Source of the DNA: Laetmonice hystrix
Taxonomy: Eukaryota
Assembly (NCBI GenBank): GCA_965235115.1
Contig: OZ249445.1
Coordinates: forward strand, 11,780,001 to 11,844,000
Length of the DNA: 64,000 nucleotides
Direction of reading: 5' to 3'
Shown: positions 39,601 through 50,000 of the stretch, in pieces
Position numbering within the stretch: the first letter of the stretch is position 1
Layout of the letters: the number at the start of each line of letters is the position of its first letter
The notes under the pieces: generated by a model
Told to the model about the DNA's origin: nothing
Database searches by the model: none
The model's input: only the letters and a program-made list of their open reading frames with translations
Program-made: the position numbers and the translations under genes

Positions 39601-42600
39601 GGTAGGGGCGGTATTACATTCCATATCAAGGAACGATCCCCAATTCAATACAGAAAACGGAGTGATTCTGATGCGTTTAACTCGTTAATAAATCTAAATC
39701 CCCTCCCATTTTGTCTCACAGAAATGTCGTTCGGCACACGACGATGGCGCCCTTTCATCTATTTTCTAGGCACTTTGGCCAATTTACACGTTCATACAAA
39801 TTGCACAGCCATCAAAAGTATGAATTTGAAATTGCACAATCATCAAAGAATGGGCGCCGCCGGCCTCGCAATAGTGTAATGAATAACTTGTGAAATTACG
39901 TAAAAATCAATGAGAGCTTGTTCTCTCTGTGCCGTTTTGCTGCGTCGCTGTGTGATGTTTTTCAAAAGAACAATTTGTCTCCCACATTGTCTGTTACTGG
40001 GTGAAATCATTAGTGCCTTTTTGCTCGTGTCTCTTTTCTTTGAGTGTGCTTCACCCAGTCTTGTAAGGGACTGATACACTCGCCTTCCTAACGGGGACTA
40101 TACCTCGGCTCTTTAAATGTGTACATATCAGCCGACCACTATCTCTTTGTATATGGCCAAGCGGTGGAAATGTTTTTCCCCTTTCAATGTACACCTCCGA
40201 TATACCCTTTGAATATGTATGCACACTGACACGTCCGTAATCGGTATACATAATGCACACAGTGCATCCTACATATGTGATCGGTGCCTAGGAATGTTAT
40301 ATACTCAAAGGGGTTGAAGCATCTGCTCCATCAAATTAAAAATAGAGACTTGCAGCACTTCAGACAGTAAAACATGGATAAATAATAATCACTGGTAAAT
40401 ACAATTAGCACTTCTTTAATTATGTAACCAGGTGTACACATTCAAGCTCTTTCTTAGGCCTTTCCTTTTAATTGTTCGGGCTCGTTTAACATTCTGAATC
40501 TTAAATAATTTTGTACGAGAACCCAACAAAGTCACTGTCGTGATCACACAGGTGGATAATTTCTGCTTCCAACTTCTATAACACGCAGAAATAACCAGGG
40601 CCATAAACTAATAGGTCTTCATCATTATAAATTCTATATGTGAATCTGTCGATATAATAGTTCATTATAGTAGGAGTACATACTGAGTGGATAGAACCAT
40701 GGGTGACGTGTCCGTCCAACCTGGTGTATGGTGTCAGTAACCACGTGCATGATGGTACTATGTTCTCCTTTCCTGGCCGTGCAGGTTTGGTTCAGTAACC
40801 GGAGGGCAAAATGGCGGCGCGAGGAAAAGCTACGACAGCAGCGCCGCGAGGCGGCCAATGGTGGAAACCATATCCCGCTCAATTCGAGTTTCCCTAATTC
40901 CATGTACCCATCCATTCATCAACCAATCGTCTCCATGGGAGACACCTACAGATATGAGTAAGTATCCTGTTCACTCATTGAATTATGATAGTCTGTAATA
41001 TAATTATTCTCAATGTAATGCGACTATAAATCATTGTTCAATGTGAATTCCAAAATGAAAGCAGTACCTATTTATTGAGTATTATGACGATTAACAGTAG
41101 GTACCATACAGATGCTTTCGTTTACACTACAGTATAGCTCTGCCGAAATATGTACTATATATGTCTACCATTGTTGTTTCAGTAGTATGCCGCCGGTGCC
41201 CAGCTACTCGCTTGCCAATAATATGCCGCCCAACCCTGCCTGCCTACAGAGTTCTAACACATCATCTTACTCCTGTATGATACCAGGTAGGTACCCCCCC
41301 ACCTTAACGTATCTATATCCCCAGTACTGACCTGTCAGGAAAAAATATACATTGTACGTCCATCCTCAGAGCACTATATTAGAAATGTGATCGGGAACGA
41401 TCAACAATTCTCCGTCTATTCAGTACAAATTCTTTGTGAAAGTAAAGGGTACAGAAATAGTGAAGAAACCGTAAATATATACTTCGTTGACTACGGTACT
41501 GAGAAAGCAAGTTTAATGAAAGTCTACATTATCTTTGTGAAGTTCTGGCCGTTTATGTTTACCGAACTGTTATAATGTCGACCTTATATGTGAGATCAAA
41601 CCACTGCCGAAAATCTAACTTCCCACACGTAAAATCTTATTATTTTTGTCTACCGGCATTACCAGAAGGAATATGTGAGTTAGATCCATTAACATTACAC
41701 AGTGGTGTGAGCTTTGGTCTTTACTCGTTCGTGAATTATTTGTAAACTGAACAGACTCTTTCAATGTGTAATGCATCCACTCTGTAAAGGCACAATGCTT
41801 TGGTATAGACGATACAAGTTATGGTTGCATCCGACTACGCCAAAAGTGCACGTTTTACTGTGTCTATATGTCATGTGTGTATAAATAATAATCATAATAT
41901 TATACATAGGTAAGATGTCACCAAAAACTGCCTTAATTACAATATTTCATGTTTGTTTAAAGTTCAACCCCTCTCCAAAAAAATTCTGGATAGCTGATAG
42001 CTGACACATTATTCGACGATCTAGTGTGGTAACATCTTATGAAACTAATACGGTGTGATAGAAATAATAACGTTTATGCCTTCAAACGACATTGTTTATT
42101 TGAATCTCATATATGCCATATTTAAGAATTGTCTTTCTATTTCTCTATTCTAATGTAAAATACATCAAGGAGAGTTCCTACTCTGCTGCTTGCATGATGG
42201 GCCCACTAGCACAATATCATTGTTTGATCTCGCGGGGGAACCCCCCCCCCCCCCCCCAACCAACAAAATATTGTATTTGCTGCTATCAGTGAGCTGCGAG
42301 TGGAGCACTTGGTTTATACAAATATAGTGTTATCTCTCTCCGGGCACTTGTTGGTCCTATATGAGCGGGCCAACTAATATTAAATGCAAGCGGCGTTTCT
42401 TGGCCACCAATTGGTGTCATCGGGTGCAAATGGACCTGGTCGCCATATTGGATTCACTCTGAGTGGTCCCCTGACGACTAAGAGGGCGTGGCTGTGTATG
42501 GATGCCTCTGCCAAGGACTGGGCCGTCTTTAGTCGGGATCAGGCATCTCCTGATGTTGCCTAAGATCGTAATTAAATACGTGCAAACATATAAACATGCT

Positions 42601-44102
42601 CGATCTTTTATTTGGATCCAACCAAAATGCGCAGTTTCTTTGTGCCAATAACCCTCCTTCTCCGGTGCTGAATTCACAGAGGAGACATACTGTCTGCATC
42701 CAAGGCAGCCTGTATTAACAAAGAGCCGAAGGACAGCCCGATTAGTTAATATCAGTATAGGAAATCTTCACCTATTCATGTTTCACTGCAGGCACCATTT
42801 TAATCCGACCACAGCAGTATCATGTATAACCCACCTCAGCGTTAGGTATTTTCAAAGCAAGGCCAGCCCACCACATTAACTGCGCACATACCCGGAACAA
42901 TAGTTTCGCTTGTTGGAAGCTCCGAACATGTCAATGATACCTTAGTATTGACTGCATTGTGTTGATGCTATCGCACTCCAACGTTGAATTAGCGTCAATT
43001 GAGCGCGGAATATAGCATTGTTGTAGTCGGCGCTACTACAGGCATCACGTTATGCGATGTATTTGTTACCCAATCTCCCTTACAATGGCGTCAATTTGTG
43101 GCGGTGGGTTTCCTTCTGTAAGCCCACTATAGAGCCACACCAGTGCCACTATAGGACTTCATCAAAGGGAGTGAGAATGGACTACGGATTCACGTATGCT
43201 GACAAATATGCGTTTGTCTATAAACATGCTCGCTCTCTTAAACTGCCTTATCCAGTGAAATTTACGTCTGTGTTATACTTGTGTCCTTTTCCTTTCATTT
43301 TGTTGTAAAACAGTCGATAACAGGACGCCACTAAATGTTTATGTGTTTCCTATGTTTTACAGACTGTGGTAGCACGCGGAGTTACGACCCCCTGTCGTTA
43401 ACGAGCTACTCTAGGGCAACATGTAATCCTACGGCGCCAGGCATGCAGAGCCATCTCTCCCATCCCACCAATGGCGCCTCTACCGGTAGGTAGTCACACT
43501 AACTTTCTATCACAACTCAGGGTGGCCGACGCACCATTGAGAGTACGGCCCACTTCAATGTGGCTGAGTTAGCAGATTTCCTTTACGAAATAAATTTATT
43601 AATTCTTCTAGCTATACTCAGTACGAGAACATTTAACAAGCCATATGTACTAAATATGACTCTTTGATGATAGACCTATAAACAAAGTGTATCAACAGAC
43701 ATGCATCAATCCACTTCGTGCGCATTAGAACTAGAGTAGTCCTAAGGATAAATGACCTAGCACAACGAGTAGACCTCTACGCCATAAATAGATCTATAAA
43801 ATACTATACTCACGCATATTTGTAAAATAATATTAATATTTGGTGACGACTTCGGACAATAAATTATACACTTGATAGAAGAAAAATGCCAACTTCATTA
43901 GATCCTGGATTTCAAAATAGGAACAACCTATTTTTTAATTCCAGGTTCGATAAACCGTCAAAATTTTTCCGTTTCAGGTCTAATTTCACCCGGTGTTTCA
44001 GTACCAGTCCAGGTTCCGGGCGGCGTTCCAGGACCCGATCCCTCTTCACACATGGGAACGATGAGCTCGATGACGTCACAATACTGGCCGCGTATACAAT
44101 GA
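12634..44102 (+). CDS. Pax6: Pax6 (paired box 6) gene span, 9 coding exons, 1359-nt CDS, 452 aa
   Basis: Manual splice of exons 13+347+247+144+83+173+104+123+125 = 1359 nt, open frame, GT-AG introns with phases 1,0,1,1,0,2,1,1. Pax6-diagnostic paired residues (RILQVSN: I42/Q44/N47), homeodomain S50 (WFSNRR), C-terminal [10 protein letters not shown]...YWPRIQ. Confidence 0.97.
15918..16264 (+). CDS. Pax6: Pax6 paired-domain exon ([10 protein letters not shown]...CNQDNIPS)
   Basis: Acceptor tcttgtccacag| at 15917 and donor |GTGAGT at 16265. 347 nt, near-identical to the Pax6 paired domain. Intron positions at paired codon 1 and at IPS|VSS are the conserved ones. Confidence 0.99.
17835..17912. 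repeat. Compound CT/GT/CA dinucleotide low-complexity tract
   Basis: ctctctctc, tgtgtgtgtg and acacacacac runs. Confidence 0.8.
28409..28655 (+). CDS. Pax6: Pax6 exon: end of paired domain plus linker ([11 protein letters not shown]...[20 protein letters not shown]...KKGRH-G/)
   Basis: Acceptor ttcttcttgcag| at 28408, phase-1 donor |GTGAGC at 28656. Contains the conserved Pax6 linker motif [11 protein letters not shown] (28481-28513). The 3' boundary is slightly less sure. Confidence 0.95.
33417..33452. repeat. Perfect 18-bp tandem duplication
   Basis: CATGTCTTTCTAACATTC x2. Confidence 0.95.
38123..38266 (+). CDS. Pax6: Pax6 exon: linker end plus homeodomain N-terminal part (ADSGASG...[25 protein letters not shown]/)
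   Basis: Acceptor tttgtttcag|cag| (tandem, 38123 or 38126), phase-1 donor |GTATGC at 38267. Contains [12 protein letters not shown], diagnostic of Pax6. Confidence 0.97.
39519..39601 (+). CDS. Pax6: Pax6 homeodomain middle exon ([28 protein letters not shown])
   Basis: Acceptor tgatgcag| at 39518, donor |GTAGGG at 39602. 83 nt, introns at homeodomain codons 19 and 46/47 as in other Pax6 genes. Confidence 0.98.
40785..40957 (+). CDS. Pax6: Pax6 exon: homeodomain helix 3 plus start of PST domain ([17 protein letters not shown]...GDTYRY-D/)
   Basis: Acceptor ccgtgcag| at 40784, perfect donor |GTAAGT at 40958 (phase 2). Confidence 0.96.
41183..41286 (+). CDS. Pax6: Pax6 PST exon ([35 protein letters not shown]/)
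   Basis: Acceptor ttgttgtttcag|tag| (41183 or 41186), phase-1 donor |GTAGGT at 41287. YSLANN and SYSCM are Pax6 PST motifs. Confidence 0.92.
43363..43485 (+). CDS. Pax6: Pax6 PST exon ([41 protein letters not shown]/), too short for the ORF track
   Basis: Acceptor tatgttttacag| at 43362, donor |GTAGGT at 43486, phase 1 at both ends, open frame. SYDPLSL..YSR and NGAST|G resemble lophotrochozoan Pax6 tails. Confidence 0.9.
43978..44102 (+). CDS. Pax6: Pax6 terminal coding exon ([41 protein letters not shown])
   Basis: Acceptor ttttccgtttcag| at 43977, stop TGA at 44100-44102. Contains the highly conserved Pax6 C-terminal motifs [15 protein letters not shown] and QYWPR(L/I)Q. Confidence 0.97.
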
Positions 44103-44141
44103 CGTCATGCTAATGTGTAATGTGACAAACGTGACGTCACG
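44071..44141. promoter_or_regulatory. Cluster of three full CRE palindromes (TGACGTCA)
   Basis: TGACGTCA at 44071-44078, 44100-44107 (overlapping the stop codon) and 44132-44139 (inside the 12-bp palindrome CGTGACGTCACG, 44130-44141). The motifs are certain; their function is not. Confidence 0.55.
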
Positions 44142-44956
44142 AAACAGCTCGGCCTGGAATGGTTGGCCGGTTGTGACGTATATTTGTATGATGGGTCTGT
44201 GCCGTTGGCCAGCAGCTAGCTATGGATACGCCATATTGGTTGCTATATTGGCAAATGGTGCTAAAAATTGAAAACGAGAGTTTTGATTTTATTTGGTAAT
44301 CAATTGGTGAGGCTTGCATGTGACCCGTCATTATAATAACCTTCAAGTGCCACGCAATGTGAAAGTGAAAGCCGGGGGTACGTCATCCCCTCGTCCAGCA
44401 GGCGCGTCCAGTGGCAGCTTGTGACGGTGAACGCCAGCAGGACCTGGTTACCATCGTAACCGCTCCACCAACAGCCTCGCCCCCTATGATCAGTACAAGG
44501 AGATTGACCGACCCACTCGGCTCCAAGATTCATAGGCACAACACTTCAAGATGAGAAAGGTAGCCGGGTTACCCAGGCGAGTAATCTACACGTCTGATGA
44601 GTACATGGTTACTGAGGTAACCGTCAATAACAGACTGGTCGCCATAGTGACCACGCCGCAGAGTCTTGGCCACTAAGGATGTGCATTCAGGGACTATCAG
44701 TTAAATCAATTGTATCTACTTGAAATGTATCAACCTACTGGGAAGCACTAAGTGTTGTTCTCCGGTCTGACCTTCCGACAATTCTTGCCCTTGACTCCAC
44801 TCTTTGATATTGTATTTAAATACCAATACTGTGGCACACACAAGCGATGGTAGCGCCACCTGGGGCCAGAAGCCGGAGAGCTTCACAGACTGCGAATAGT
44901 ACAATCAAGTCTGGATTAGCCATAATTTTGTGTATTATATTAATAATATTGGTAAT

Positions 44957-44962
44957 AATAAA
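44957..44962 (+). promoter_or_regulatory. First canonical polyadenylation signal (AATAAA) downstream of the Pax6 stop
   Basis: AATAAA about 850 nt after TGA, within an AAT/GAT low-complexity tract. Further AATAAA at 45843. Confidence 0.3.
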
Positions 44963-46782
44963 TGATGATCATGATGATAATAATAATCACAGTTTATCAT
45001 TGTTGTAGCGTCAGAAGTATTGTAGCTGCGTATAGTTGCTTGTAGTCTAGTCTGTTGGAATGTATGGGTTGAAATTTTATGATTTGTTGGTGGGACTCCT
45101 GACGCACAGCGTGGTTCTTGATCGTACGATTCGATGCCTCCTTCAAATAACAATCATCTCTGACTAAGTGTCTTTCTCGGCAATATGGCGCGAATATCAC
45201 CAGATTATGGTTAAAAACGAGACTCTTCCTAAGCGAATGGATTATGGCTCCATACTCCAGAAAACTGGATCAATTAACAATGTAGAACTGAGCGTTCACT
45301 TGGTATGTTGGCGATCATCAAGTGGCACCTTTCTTGCTGGTTTGTGTGCGTGTGTAGACGTGCGTGTGTCTGTTTAGGTCTGTGTTCTCTTCAATAATCC
45401 ACTTGATAGTGGAATTCAGAAGTACCCGTACTCGGAGAATGGTTTCTTTGACACAAAGGCTACTGATACTGAAGTACTGAAGTAAGACTGTCAATCATTG
45501 GTCCCATATGTTAAATCTTAACAAATTAACTTGGATTAATACACAGGTATTCGTGCCATGGTCGTCGGAGAAGTTCTCAGTCATATATATACCGACGTGA
45601 GACACTTGGTTTGAGAAGAACTCCATATACACGGCTCTCTCAATATTATGATAATCAAAAGAAATACGTTCATGCTACATGGTGTTAATATGTGCGAATG
45701 GATGAGAGAATGCATGGTCAAAGAATATATGAAGGGTGAAAGGTTGAGCCGGGTCACTGATAGACGGAGATTGTCACAAGATGAATGATTGGTGAAAGGA
45801 CAAACTTACGTACATGGGATACTAGTCTCTCAATGGTATCAAAATAAAATAAGCAAACACCTCCAGAAACAAAATCTATTCAGGTATCATCCCGCACTTC
45901 AAAATTATATCCCTTCACGCGCTTACATACACAGAAATTCTGCCAACCTATCTCCCGCAAAAATTTTGTTAAAGAAAATTTCACAGTTCGACAAGTCATC
46001 CTTAATATAGGAGACTCAATAACGAAGTACACTTCTAAGAGTTAAATGTGTATACGGATGACACTGTGGAAACAGTTATTTGGTAAATAATCACAATCCT
46101 GCTTGGGAATCCATATAGTTTATCTTCAAATTCACCCTCACGCGGGTACATGGTGATACGTGGGGCAGAATAATATTATTTCCCTTCATGGTATCGTCAA
46201 CAATCTTGCCACATTAACTGTATGGATTATTTCATGTGCTTGGTGGATAATATGGAACGTTTGTATGTTATATTTCAGAAATTGATATCGATATTGCTGT
46301 GAAACAGCAAGATCCGCTGTACATGCTTGACAATATATTGAATGCTCACGATGAAGGAAAAAAAGAATAAAAATGTGTTTAATAGAATCTCTCTGCCTCT
46401 GTAGTATACTTGTTAGTGGGGAGGGTCCTACAACGGCAGCGTTTCAACAGCCTATTAAAGACCCTCAGTAGTCATATCAAAACGGCGCTACGGGTATTGA
46501 TTTAGTAGTTTGATAAGAAAAGACACATGGATATCGATACAGTAATACAAACGACCCTATCCACCACATCGTCCATCCATAGTCACCTATCTATCCATTT
46601 ATCCACCCATCCAACATAAATCTACATACGTACAGATACATTCTTATCATTCTGCCAGTCTATAGGCACAAACCTTATTACTATACAGGCCTACATACTC
46701 CTCCATGAAAACACAACCAATTTTCATGGCATTTTCTCCAGAAATTGTGAAAAAATACTATACTACAAAGAGTTAAGATACA

Positions 46783-46852
46783 GGATACAGGTGTAACGGT
46801 TAGCACTGCACTCTGAATCCTACTACTCAGCGTTTAAATCTCGGCAGAACCT
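46783..46852 (+). pseudogene. Degenerate tRNA-Gln(CTG) copy (pseudogene or SINE head)
   Basis: GGTGTAACGGTTAGCACT-GCACTCTGAATCC...GTTTAAATCTCGGCAGAACCT aligns by eye to canonical metazoan tRNA-Gln-CTG. Anticodon CTG at 46813-46815. The anticodon stem is broken and the T-loop reads GTTT rather than GTTC. Confidence 0.75.
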
Positions 46853-47013
46853 TAGCACCACAAAATATTGTCCCTCTTTATTCCAGAGGAATCGGAAATT
46901 GAAAACGTAGGCACATAATACACATAAAAAACTTATCGGCCGATATTATTCCCTTATGAGAAAAAGGGAGATATAGAGCTAGCATGGCCTCTTTATCGAC
47001 CTCTTCGACCTGT

Positions 47014-47062
47014 GGGTTGGGTTGGGTTGGGGTGGGGTAGGGTAAGGTGGGGGGATGGGGGG
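47014..47062 (+). repeat. G-rich (GGGTT)n-like tract, putative G-quadruplex
   Basis: GGGTTGGGTTGGGTTGGGGTGGGGTAGGG...GGGGGG...GGGGGG: more than four G3+ runs with 1-2 nt loops. Confidence 0.7.
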
Positions 47063-50000
47063 TCTCTCATATACACCTATATTACATCAAAAAGTAAAAA
47101 GCCTCTATAAGAGATATGATACAAATTCTCAAGGCAATAACACAGTTGAAGGTAAAGAGATTGTCTTACCTTTCTTTTCCTTGAGTAGAAACGCAGAAGC
47201 CCATTCGAAGAGATAGCCAGTAAAAAATAACCGACTTTCAAATAGTCCTACTCGTACTCGGCACATAGATCTATAGACCTACCTTTACTCCCTAAGTTAG
47301 GCATAATAATTATGGAGTATTTCTACATGTGGACCGAATATGTCCACCTTGGAACAATATACCAGCAATATTCAACAATATTATCGCTCGCGGGGTAGGA
47401 CCTCGATCTAGACTTCTGTTGGGTACCAGTATTGTAGGCCTGGGGTCAACTCTCGTTCGTCTCGGCCCAGACCTTGAGGTAAAACTGCACGAAGATGTGG
47501 AGGAGACCATGAAAAGCGCGCGTTACATGAGTTGGGATGTTTGGGGCCATGTATTGGCGAGTAATTGGATTCACCACATGTATGAAGACGTATGGCGAAC
47601 ACTCTCCAAGCTGACCTAGGTCGGCGCTCTTTCCTGGAAACATCCCGGTTAAAACCTGTTTTTGTGTAGGCTCTAGGCCCCCACACAAACAAACGACGAT
47701 GTGATAACATTTTTAACCACCCAATTCAACTGATAACACACATATCTGTCAGTGGTCACCCACAACCTGACTGTGAGAACGATGAGAAGTTGTGACACCA
47801 CGCCCTCATTAACTATATTCAATGGCCGCCACCTTACGTCCTCGCCTGCACGAGTTTCACCCGCATGACTTGTTTTAACACATGTTTATATAACCGCAAC
47901 GTCTACTTTTCCACGTCCCGCCAGCCTCAACATAACATTGTAAAACGAAAGCATCACTTTTTGAACCATACATACTTCATATTTATCATTAACCAATACT
48001 TACACTCCGGATGTAGTCAAGCGTCACCGAAACTGTAAAATAGGAATTCAGGTGTCACGACACAAAATCAGAATATTCATATTTCCAACCAGACACGTAG
48101 AATACAACGGTGACTGAGATTAGCTGTTTAGGACAGGTATGCCTATTGCCGTTGTAGTGGGCGATTTATCAAAATGGGTCGGGTCATGTCGAAGGTATTG
48201 GCGCTTAAATGGTTACAAATAATTGAATAATATCTTTATTTACAACCTATCGGCCCCTTTAACTGAAATTATTAGTAGGCCGATAATTCCACCATATCAA
48301 TTGTCATAGGTTCTCCTAATTTCTGTAGCTATAATATCCCGTTTATTTTGGCTCAACTTTTTAGATTTTGTCAGCCTCGTCAACGTTTTAGACCCTAGGA
48401 AACTGATTAATAATTATAGACTACATAAACAAATAAATGTATAGCCACAGAAATGGATAAATTTAATGAAATTCAACATTCCTGTTGCCGCCATGAAGCG
48501 AACGTATCATGACCGTTGGCATTGACTTGAACAGTTCGAAATCGCTCGATGAATTTCATTTGCTTTAAAATCAGTAACGTTAAAACCATAGACCCGCTCC
48601 ATTTACATTAGTTGGACGGCAGCAGAACGGATCGCGTTGTTGCAAGTCTTTAGATCAGAATACTTTAAGTATATCCGAATTCCCTTCTTGCCATTCCCAT
48701 GCACGTTATACTGAGTGAAACTCCCGCGGCGAGTGAGGGTACCGCTATGCCCGCGGTCGCCCTACACCTGGCCAGTGGGGCTCACTCTCACTCCATACAA
48801 TGTCCGTCCTTTTTTTCAACACTGCGGCCCCATGACTGTAGACTTCGTGCCAGTCGGTGCATTGGCTTGCGTGCGACGGGCAATCTTTGTCGATTGCTAT
48901 TCAACGGTTTAAATCAGGTGGACGAAGCAAGACTGCGGTGTGGTTTCATCAGGAAACATCAAAGAACACATGTGGTTGATGCGTGCGACGGCAGCCCGTC
49001 CGCCTTGCCCGCAGGCTCAGTATAGGGGCAAGGGGGAGTAGATTCAACCAATGCCCCAAAATCTCTCCCTTTCTCTTTTCCCTCCCTTTTTCTTTCCACC
49101 ATATCTTTCGTCTGTCCGGGTTGTACACGTAGCTCTTTATGGCCACTTCCATGATAACTGCTCGCATGTGGCTGTTGGTGAATTCAGTGGGCTATGTGAA
49201 CGGATGACTGTGTTCCTATAGTAGCCCCGTACGATCTAATAGAAATGGGGGATTTAACCCTTGACACAGCGGGACGTTTACCCACAACCTGTATGAGACA
49301 TTATGCCGTATGATTCGTGCAATCCTGGTACATCTAGTGGGGGGTTCTATCCCTGCTACAACAAACTTTTACCAACCAATCAACACCATTTCAATCTACC
49401 TTTACCTTTCATTGATTGAAATACCATGTATTATGTGAGGTACGGGGTCACTGAAAGGCAAGGGTTAAAAGCCATACGGGGCTGTGGAGGAGGCTAACAA
49501 TTCTTTCTTCCCCCAACTTTTTCCTTTGATATATCCATTTAAATGAGGTGTGTATGAAATTTGAAATTGACTAGTTGAGAATTGGCCTCGGTGTGGTTTG
49601 TCCGTCTTTACAATGGTTCATATGGGCACCTAAACTCTCAAAGGACCCCCATCATTGACCATTATTACCCGACCATGGTTAACCCCACAAATTATCACAG
49701 AACCCCACCCTAGGGGCAGGGCACCTATAAGGACATCACATTGTCCACGAGCCCTTTGATCCTGGCCGACAATTTGAAACTGACCAGCCCACGTGTGTCA
49801 GAATGAATGACTTCAAAATACTCGGAACTCGCTCAATATAGCGGAATACCAGTACTTAACATTCCTGTAAAAACAACTGGGGGGAATATACTCCTCAGTT
49901 TCTGGTATGTTAGAAGTGAAATATGAACTACTTGCTAGTAGCGATGTCTGATTTTTTTTTTAAATTTCCCAGTTACTTTCTGTTATATCATGGTATATAA

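Noticed and set aside
40962-40969. GTATCCTG as a U12-type donor
   Set aside because: Imperfect match; using it would include an in-frame TAA (40959-40961), and a perfect GTAAGT lies 4 nt upstream.
43945-43958. SINR in the alternative 11-aa insert resembling the paired-domain SSINR
   Set aside because: A four-residue match with different codons; most likely coincidence.
47310-47710. Overlapping ORFs as a second gene
   Set aside because: No recognisable motif, no splice structure, and ORFs on both strands of similar short length.
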